A stretch of DNA of 32,000 nucleotides, from NCBI RefSeq assembly GCF_009831105.1, contig NZ_WUUQ01000001.1:420001-452000 (forward strand), in the 5' to 3' direction. The notes under the pieces were generated by a model. It did not search any database, was not told where the DNA came from, and saw only the letters and a list, made by a program, of their open reading frames with translations. Within the stretch, counting starts at the first letter, position 1; each line of letters opens with the position of its first letter. Source of the DNA: Copranaerobaculum intestinale (GTDB taxonomy: Bacteria > Bacillota_I > Bacilli_A > Erysipelotrichales > Erysipelotrichaceae). The position numbers and the translations under genes are program-made. Positions 26,076 through 32,000 of this stretch are shown here, piece after piece.

Positions 26076-26374
26076 TGGATATGCGGGAATACGAAGCGGT
26101 CTGTTTTCAGATTATATCGTTTGCGGGGACTGCAAAGAGCTGTTTTCTGGAGGCGATCGAATGCGCAAAGCAAAAGCAGGATTATGAAAATCTGCTGAAG
26201 GAAGGGAATCAAGCTTTTCAGGAAGCATCCAAGGCGCATCATCGGGCATTGTCGATGGAAGCGAATCGGGAGCTGCCGGTGGGTTTGCTGTTGGTTCATG
26301 CGGAAACGATCCTGTGCAGCGCGGAAACGATTCGCGATTTAAGTGTTACAATTATTGAATTAATAAATCAATGA
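26075..26374 (+). CDS. PTS EIIA, lactose/cellobiose family
   Basis: About 100-aa helical protein with the family pattern (IISFAGTAKSCFLEAIECAK ... LLLVHAE containing the candidate phospho-His). The ATG overlaps the EIIB stop (TAATG). Confidence 0.8.
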   Translation: MDMREYEAVCFQIISFAGTAKSCFLEAIECAKQKQDYENLLKEGNQAFQEASKAHHRALSMEANRELPVGLLLVHAETILCSAETIRDLSVTIIELINQ

Positions 26375-26394
26375 TTTTATAAAATGAAATATTT

Positions 26395-26432
26395 AAAAAA
26401 ACTATCTGCATGAGCTGGCGGATAGTTTTTTT
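26395..26432 (+). terminator. Intrinsic terminator of the PTS operon
   Basis: AAAAAAACTATCTGC ... GCGGATAG followed by a T7 run. Confidence 0.75.
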
Positions 26433-26814
26433 GTTGTTTAACCATTATTGTTTTTTAGGGGGTTGAAGATAAATGAATCAATTCAATGTAAGATATACAA
26501 GTTTTACTGAAATGACGATTTATTATATATAGGATATTTCAATTTTCCTTTAATAAACCAAAATAAGGAATTAAATAAAAAAACACATAATTTATTACAG
26601 CTAATGAAGAAAAAATCACTGAATTGAGTGAATTAAACTGCATTTTAAAGAACTTATCAATGGGTATTATTGAGTTGTTTAAAATTGTGTAGAAATGTGT
26701 ACATTTATATATATTAACAATCTGTAATAAAAAATGTGTTTATACTAAAAATACCGCTTTAATTATACACGTTTATCTCTCTTATTGTCAAAAAAATCCT
26801 TGTTTTTTTAATTG

Positions 26815-26820
26815 TATAAT
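26815..26820 (+). promoter_or_regulatory. Candidate -10 element for the capsule locus
   Basis: TATAAT at 26815-26820 inside the AT-rich leader. I found no convincing -35 at 16-18 nt. Many other A/T hexamers are nearby, so this is weak. Confidence 0.3.
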
Positions 26821-26834
26821 AGTACACTATTTGA

Positions 26835-26956
26835 GACAAAAGATTTACGTTTGTATGTCTGCTATGAGCATTTGTATTGAAATTGATCATAAGACAAACA
26901 CTTATGTCTGAGAAAATGTCACAGAAATGTAGGGTTCAATATTTCTATATATTAAC
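26835..26956 (+). repeat. Repeated short motifs and hairpins in the capsule-locus leader
   Basis: GACAAA...TATGTCTG occurs twice (26835-26861 and 26893-26910). Each copy contains an AGACA/TGTCT inverted pair. AGAAATGT...TATATATTAAC also occurs twice (26691-26718 and 26923-26956). Confidence 0.4.
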
Positions 26957-26983
26957 GTACTTACGAATAATTAAGGAGGGCCC

Positions 26984-27682
26984 ATGGAAGAAACAAATAA
27001 TGAACAGATTGAGATAAATTTGATTGATGTTTATAAAGCATTGAAAAAAAATTGGAAATTTATTGCAATTATGATTGTACTTTTTGCTGTAGTATTCTTT
27101 TTAATTTCCAATTTCTTTTTGGCAAAAAAATATGCAAGTGAATCGACGCTGCTTTTAACACCAAAAGTGACTGAGGGAAGTGCTGATTATTCTTCTGTTA
27201 CTGTAAACAATTCTTTGGCAGATAACTATGTGATACTGCTGAAGGGCAGTAATGTTCGTAATCGTGTGGTAGATCGTCTGAAAGGAACAAATCATGAAGT
27301 AACAGCAGCGGAATTATCTAAGGGATTAAGCGCGGTTCGTGAGGGTACATCGATGATTATTAAGGTTAGTGCTACTGCTGATTCTGCAGAAAAAGCAAAA
27401 GCGATCGTGCAAACGACAGTGAATGTCTTTACATCTGATTTGAAAGATATTTTGAATTTGGACAATGTTATTGTTAGTGATGAAGCTAACTTAAATAAGT
27501 CTCCTGTATCACCAAATGTTAAAACGAATTCTTTGATTGGCGCGTTTCTTGGCGGTGTACTATCCTGTGGTTTTATCGCTATCAAATCCATGCTTGATAA
27601 GCGGTTGAAAAATAAACAGGATGCAGAATCTTACTTAGGCATACCTGTATTGGTAGAAATTCCTTATTTTGAATCAAATTAA
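26984..27682 (+). CDS. Wzz/CpsC-type chain-length determinant (BY-kinase transmembrane modulator)
   Basis: N-terminal IDVYKALKKNWKFIAIMIVLFAVVFFLISNFFL (TM1), an extracytoplasmic loop, and a C-terminal TM helix SLIGAFLGGVLSCGFIAI. AAGGAGGG SD. Confidence 0.85.
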   Translation: MEETNNEQIEINLIDVYKALKKNWKFIAIMIVLFAVVFFLISNFFLAKKYASESTLLLTPKVTEGSADYSSVTVNNSLADNYVILLKGSNVRNRVVDRLKGTNHEVTAAELSKGLSAVREGTSMIIKVSATADSAEKAKAIVQTTVNVFTSDLKDILNLDNVIVSDEANLNKSPVSPNVKTNSLIGAFLGGVLSCGFIAIKSMLDKRLKNKQDAESYLGIPVLVEIPYFESN

Positions 27683-27691
27683 CGGTGAAAT

Positions 27692-28486
27692 ATGAGGGAA
27701 TATACAGATATACATAATCATATTGCATGGGATATCGATGATGGCATACCTAATAAGGATGATGCAATAGCATGCCTTCAGCAGGCGTATGCAGACGGCA
27801 TAAGAAATATTATATTTACTCCTCATATTATTCCTGGGCATCAATCAGATGATGAATTAACGCAGCTTGATGGTCGTGTACAAGAAGCAATCCAGCTAGC
27901 TAAGGAATACCAAATCAATGGTTATGCTGGCGGAGAAGTTTTCATAAATAGTTCCTACGATGTAATGATTGATAACGGCTGGCATCGAAATATGAATGGT
28001 ACATCTTATATGCTGGTTGAGTTTGATACGAGAATACAATTGCCTGACGAGTTACAAGTAGAAGATCGCCTTTATGAAATTGGGATTAAAGGATATACGC
28101 CGATCATCGCTCATGCGGAACGTTATTTCCCTCATGGAGTTGATATGAATAGAATTTATGAGTGGATTGATAATGGTTATTTTATACAGATAAATCGTTC
28201 AAGTTTAGTTGGCGGTCATGGAAAAATAAACGAGAAAAATGCATGGACAATTATTGAGAATGGTGCTGCACATATTGTTGCAAGCGATGTGCATAGAAAA
28301 AAAGGAAATCGTATTATTAAGCTTTCAGATGCTTATGAATTGATAAAAAATAGATGTGGAGAAGCAGCAGCAGAATTATTGTGTTGTGTGAATCCGTCTA
28401 GGGTTATTGAAGGTACACCGCTTTCTTCAATTTCGGTACGGAAACGATCCTTATTGAAGAAAATATTTGGAGGGAAAAATGATTAA
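27692..28486 (+). CDS. CpsB/YwqE-type PHP-family protein-tyrosine phosphatase
   Basis: Motifs DIHNHIAWDIDDG, FTPH, GGEV, IAHAERY, ASDVHR in the CpsB-typical order. Confidence 0.85.
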   Translation: MREYTDIHNHIAWDIDDGIPNKDDAIACLQQAYADGIRNIIFTPHIIPGHQSDDELTQLDGRVQEAIQLAKEYQINGYAGGEVFINSSYDVMIDNGWHRNMNGTSYMLVEFDTRIQLPDELQVEDRLYEIGIKGYTPIIAHAERYFPHGVDMNRIYEWIDNGYFIQINRSSLVGGHGKINEKNAWTIIENGAAHIVASDVHRKKGNRIIKLSDAYELIKNRCGEAAAELLCCVNPSRVIEGTPLSSISVRKRSLLKKIFGGKND

Positions 28487-29228
28487 GAAAAAAAATAATG
28501 AACGTAAAATGATACATGATTTAGATCATAAGAAAAAAACGGGGAAAAAGCAGCAAAAGCAGTTTGATTATTCGGAAATTTATCGACAGCTGCGTACGAA
28601 TTTAGAATTTGCTTCTTTGGATAAAGATGAGCTTCAGGTCATAAACTTGACCAGCACGAATCCGGCAGAGGGAAAATCTTCTGTATCTGCAAATTTAGCT
28701 CTTATTTATGCAGCTAAATATCCAAAAACACTGATTATTGATTGTGATTTAAGAAAACCTGTTATTCATAAGATTTTTCGGATTTCAAATAAAACTGGTT
28801 TATCAAATTTGTTGAAAGATGGTGTTGATGTGGCATCAATTGATATCAACTCATCTCCTTATTTTGAACGATTTAAAGATAAAGAGGATGATGGTAAGCT
28901 GTATGTTTTATCAGCTGGTAGCAAAGTGTATAACCCGTTAGAATTATTAGCCTCTGAAAAATTCTCAAATTTGATTGCTGAACTGCGAAAAAAATTCAAT
29001 ATGATCATCATGGATTGTCCGCCTGTTTCGGCAGTGAGCGATTCCATCTATGTATCGCATGTCAGTGATGGCACCATATTTGTTGTTTCTTCAAAGGATA
29101 CAGATAAAATTCAGGCAAAAACGGCGGTCACACAATTGAAACGCAACGGTGTTAATTTGTTAGGAGCCGTTTTGACAAAAGTGCAAGATTCAAATACGTT
29201 GAATTATTACAATTATTATTCAGATTAA
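28479..29228 (+). CDS. CpsD/YwqD-type bacterial tyrosine kinase (BY-kinase catalytic subunit)
   Basis: The ATG at 28479 follows GGAGGG. Walker A NPAEGKSS, Walker A' LIIDCDLRKP, Walker B IIMDCPP. C-terminal Tyr cluster LNYYNYYSD. Confidence 0.9.
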   Translation: MIKKKNNERKMIHDLDHKKKTGKKQQKQFDYSEIYRQLRTNLEFASLDKDELQVINLTSTNPAEGKSSVSANLALIYAAKYPKTLIIDCDLRKPVIHKIFRISNKTGLSNLLKDGVDVASIDINSSPYFERFKDKEDDGKLYVLSAGSKVYNPLELLASEKFSNLIAELRKKFNMIIMDCPPVSAVSDSIYVSHVSDGTIFVVSSKDTDKIQAKTAVTQLKRNGVNLLGAVLTKVQDSNTLNYYNYYSD

Positions 29229-29256
29229 GGATGAAGTTAAAGAAAGCAGGGATTAG

Positions 29257-31143
29257 ATGTTTGATCGTATTTTAGGGAATTCAATTTATCGAAAATATCG
29301 AGAAATGCTGTTATGTATTTTAGATTTGACGGTTGTGGCAGCGTCCTTTACTGTGGCAGTCTTATCAAAAGCCGAATTCGGTCTACTTCGCAATAAAGAT
29401 GTTATCCTGCTTGATATGATTCGTATTTTACCTATAGTGCTGTTGGTCTATCTCTTGTTTTTTCTAGTATTTAAAATTCAAAATTCATTATGGAAATATG
29501 TTGGCATCAAAGAGGTATTAAGAATTTGTGCATCGAGTGCATGTGCAACAATAGTTCTATTGATTGCTTGTTTGTTCGGTGGTCATCCAGGACATGATAT
29601 CGGTATTTACTTCACTGGAAGTTTATTGACGATCGTTATCATGCTGCTGATCAGATCCAGCTATCGTCTGCAAAGAAGGAAATCTGCTGATGATAAGAAA
29701 AAGCAGAATAAGCGTGCTATCATTGTGGGTGCTGGTGACGGCGGTTATCTTCTTATGAAAGAATTGGAGCAAAACAGTCAATTTGAAGGGCAGCTGGTCG
29801 GATTTATCGATGATTATAAAGTTGGAAAAATTGTGTCAGGTTTACCTGTATTAGGTAAAATAAATAATATACCAGAAATTGTGGAGAGTAAAAAAATAAG
29901 TGTAATTTACATTGCGATGCCTAGTGCTGGAAGAGAGAGAATTCGAAAAATTTGTGAAATTGCTCAGATGACAAATGCAGAAACAAAAATATTACGTTCT
30001 GAAGTACTTTCTAAAATATCAGAAAAACTACCTATTGCTGATGTATCAATAGAAGATTTACTAGGGCGAGGTGAAGTAAAACTTAACAAAGAAGAACTGA
30101 GATCTTACTTAGAAGGAAAGAAAGTTTTGGTTACAGGTGCAGCTGGCTCAATTGGTTCTGAATTGTGTCGCCAAATTGTTAAATTTAAACCCAAAATAAT
30201 ATACATGGTTGATATCAACGAGAATAATTTATATATGCTGGAGCAAGAATTTAATCGTGATATCGTTCATGGAAAGATGGATGAAACAATACAAATATAT
30301 TCCTACATAGCAAACATCCGAGAATATTCTACAATTCTGAAGCTGTTTCAAATGTGTAGGCCTGATGTGGTTTATCATGCGGCGGCACATAAGCATGTTC
30401 CTCTAATGGAAACAAGACCGGAAGAAGCAGTCAAAAATAATGTATTCGGAACTAATAATGTGATCAATGCTTGTATCAAATGCGAAATTCCTAGATTCAT
30501 TATGATCAGTACTGATAAAGCTGTAAATCCTACAAATATTATGGGAGCAACCAAAAGAATGACGGAATTGATTTTACAATCCCATCAGGATAACGGAGTC
30601 ACTAAACTTGCGGCTGTCCGTTTCGGGAATGTATTAGGAAGTGCTGGATCGGTAATACCAATTTTTAAAAAGCAAATTGCCGAAGGAGGTCCAGTGACAT
30701 TAACAAGCAGAGAAATAGTTCGCTATTTTATGACCATTCCTGAAGCTGCGCAATTAGTCTTGCAAGCTGGCTATTATGCAAATAAAGGAGAAATATTTGT
30801 TTTAGATATGGGAGAGCCGGTGAAGATATTGGATTTGGCCGAGAATTTGATTAAGCTCTCCGGATACCGACCATATAAAGATATCGACATCAAGGAAATA
30901 GGATTAAGGCCTGGAGAAAAGATGTTTGAAGAATTAAAATTGGATTGTGAAAATGTCAAAAAGACTGATAATGATCTTATCTTCGTAAATGATCGGATGT
31001 CAATAAGCCATAGTTTTATAAATAACGCTTTAGAGAAAATGGATGTGGCGTTAAGAAGTGATTTAGAAAATACTGAATGGAAAAAGCTGCTTTTGCAAGT
31101 GATTCATGACGAGCGTATTAATAATGGTTCTTATATAATATGA
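29257..31143 (+). CDS. Membrane-bound CapD/EpsC/PglF-type NDP-sugar 4,6-dehydratase
   Basis: Four N-terminal hydrophobic helices. Rossmann motifs IIVGAGDGG and VTGAAGSIGSEL. HAAAHKHVPLME and MISTDKAVNPTN are typical of the CapD family. Confidence 0.9.
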   Translation: MFDRILGNSIYRKYREMLLCILDLTVVAASFTVAVLSKAEFGLLRNKDVILLDMIRILPIVLLVYLLFFLVFKIQNSLWKYVGIKEVLRICASSACATIVLLIACLFGGHPGHDIGIYFTGSLLTIVIMLLIRSSYRLQRRKSADDKKKQNKRAIIVGAGDGGYLLMKELEQNSQFEGQLVGFIDDYKVGKIVSGLPVLGKINNIPEIVESKKISVIYIAMPSAGRERIRKICEIAQMTNAETKILRSEVLSKISEKLPIADVSIEDLLGRGEVKLNKEELRSYLEGKKVLVTGAAGSIGSELCRQIVKFKPKIIYMVDINENNLYMLEQEFNRDIVHGKMDETIQIYSYIANIREYSTILKLFQMCRPDVVYHAAAHKHVPLMETRPEEAVKNNVFGTNNVINACIKCEIPRFIMISTDKAVNPTNIMGATKRMTELILQSHQDNGVTKLAAVRFGNVLGSAGSVIPIFKKQIAEGGPVTLTSREIVRYFMTIPEAAQLVLQAGYYANKGEIFVLDMGEPVKILDLAENLIKLSGYRPYKDIDIKEIGLRPGEKMFEELKLDCENVKKTDNDLIFVNDRMSISHSFINNALEKMDVALRSDLENTEWKKLLLQVIHDERINNGSYII

Positions 31144-31646
31144 ACTGGTACGTGATTTTTGTAAGATCCAGTAAAGCGAATTATTTGGTAAACTTGCTGA
31201 ACAGTGAAAGCATGATTGCATTTATACCTCTCATGGAAAAGGTACATAAAAAGGATGGAAGGTATTATATGATCAAGACTCCTATATATCCAAATTACAT
31301 TTTTATCAAAACGGATTTAGATCATACTGCATTTGATTTATGGTTATACCAGTTCTGTCAAAATCATAACGGTATAGTAAAACAACTAAAAAATGATAAA
31401 GAAGGAACAAGTGCTTTATATCCCGAAGAGGCTGCCTTTCTTGAACAGCTTATGGATGAGAATTATACAGTAAGGCAATCATCGGGTATGATTGAAGGCA
31501 GTCGAATAGTAATTATTGATGGTCCGTTATGCGGGATGGAAAGCAGGATCGAGAAAATAGATCGGCATAAGAGGATTGCGTATTTGAAAAATGAATTACT
31601 TGGAAAATCAATTAAAATTAGTTTAGAAATACTGAAAAAGATATGA
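31140..31646 (+). CDS. NusG specialised paralog (LoaP/UpxY-like transcription antiterminator)
   Basis: NGN-like start MNWYVIFVRSSKANYLV ... PIYPNYIFIKT. KOW-like C-terminus GSRIVIIDGPLCGMESRIEKIDRHKRIAYL. The ATG overlaps the capD-like stop (ATGA). Confidence 0.7.
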   Translation: MNWYVIFVRSSKANYLVNLLNSESMIAFIPLMEKVHKKDGRYYMIKTPIYPNYIFIKTDLDHTAFDLWLYQFCQNHNGIVKQLKNDKEGTSALYPEEAAFLEQLMDENYTVRQSSGMIEGSRIVIIDGPLCGMESRIEKIDRHKRIAYLKNELLGKSIKISLEILKKI

Positions 31647-31686
31647 TTCTGAAATAATAGTTGCTTAGGCACTTTATGGATGATTC

Positions 31687-31748
31687 AAGGATATAGTTCA
31701 TTACCTGTAGAGGCTCTTTGGGTAAGGGGAGCTATATCCTTTTTTGTT
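31687..31748 (+). terminator. Intrinsic-terminator-like hairpin inside the capsule operon
   Basis: AAGGATATAG (31687-31696) pairs with CTATATCCTT (31732-31741), with an inner stem TTACC/GGTAA, followed by TTTTTGTT. Confidence 0.5.
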
Positions 31749-31779
31749 ATTATATGATTCATAATTTAGGAGGATCAGA

Positions 31780-32000
31780 ATGAAGAAAAAAAATATACCT
31801 TTCGCACCACCAGATGTGGGGGATGCTGAAATTGAGGAAGTTGTACAAGCATTAAGATCTGGTTGGATTACAACTGGTCCAAAAGTAAAAGCTTTTGAAA
31901 ATGAAATTGCGAAATACTGTCATGCTCAAAGGGCTGTGTGTCTTAACAGCGCAACCGCTTGTATGGAGCTGACATTGCGGTTATTTGGTATAGGACCGGG
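31780..32000 (+). CDS. DegT/DnrJ/EryC1/StrS-family PLP-dependent sugar aminotransferase (5' part; continues beyond the window)
   Basis: The ATG at 31780 follows AGGAGG. Translation MKKKNIPFAPPDVGDAEIEEVVQALRSGWITTGPKVKAFENEIAKYCHAQRAVCLNSATACMELTLRLFGIGP is typical of the family N-terminus. The frame is open to the window end. Confidence 0.85.
   Translation, partial: MKKKNIPFAPPDVGDAEIEEVVQALRSGWITTGPKVKAFENEIAKYCHAQRAVCLNSATACMELTLRLFGIGP

Noticed and set aside
26397-26430. The terminator arms AAAACTATC/GATAGTTTT are shared with the terminator at 8831-8856, hinting at a repeat family
   Set aside because: Only one independent 9-mer is shared, because the second arm is its complement. In 32 kb of AT-rich DNA this is compatible with chance. 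The loops and flanks differ.
26473-26532. 19-codon mini-ORF (MNQFNVRYTSFTEMTIYYI) preceded by AGGGGG in the capsule leader
   Set aside because: It lies upstream of the only plausible -10, in very AT-rich DNA where short ORFs arise by chance. There is no evidence of conservation, so it is not reportable as a gene. It would be worth revisiting only if ribosome profiling or conservation supports it.
1-32000. Searched by eye for CRISPR arrays, IS elements or transposases, integrases, tRNA or rRNA genes, toxin-antitoxin pairs and known defence-system hallmarks
   Set aside because: I found no regularly spaced direct repeats, no transposase- or integrase-like ORFs, no terminal inverted repeats flanking a segment, and no cloverleaf-capable intergenic sequence. 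Absence is based on manual reading only. Small structured RNAs could have been missed.

Overview
The window looks like chromosomal DNA from a low-G+C Gram-positive bacterium (Bacillota-like). The signs are GGAGG-type ribosome-binding sites, a T-box leader, a split Wzz/BY-kinase pair and many intrinsic terminators. The exact taxon cannot be determined from the sequence alone. I support about 29 protein-coding genes. In order they are: the 3' part of an ABC exporter; a small operon of a zinc-ribbon membrane protein plus an RDD-PHP fusion protein; a lipoprotein; an RDD-like membrane protein; a Met T-box leader with metG; a Cache-PAS-GGDEF diguanylate cyclase; two tandem membrane-anchored MutS-domain-V paralogs; mnmG; a DtxR/MntR-like regulator with an ArsC-like protein; a cytidylate-kinase-like protein; a large Big_2 surface protein; an orphan protein with a GH3-like N-terminal motif; a YfcC transporter overlapping an M14/DUF2817 peptidase; a GH4 / lactose-cellobiose-family PTS operon that also carries an RDD gene and an RpiR regulator; and, after a roughly 550-bp AT-rich leader, the 5' end of a visibly lower-G+C capsule/EPS locus (Wzz modulator, PHP tyrosine phosphatase, BY-kinase, CapD/PglF-like dehydratase, a NusG paralog, and a partial DegT aminotransferase). 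I found no rRNA, tRNA, CRISPR array, transposase or integrase. The best candidates for undescribed biology are: (1) the self-contained two-gene MutS-like membrane ATPase module; (2) the zinc-ribbon / RDD-PHP operon, together with the recurrence of RDD genes, one of them inside the PTS operon; and (3) the NusG paralog embedded mid-operon in the capsule locus, followed directly by an intrinsic terminator and preceded by a repeat-containing leader. All domain calls come from motifs read by eye. No searches were run.
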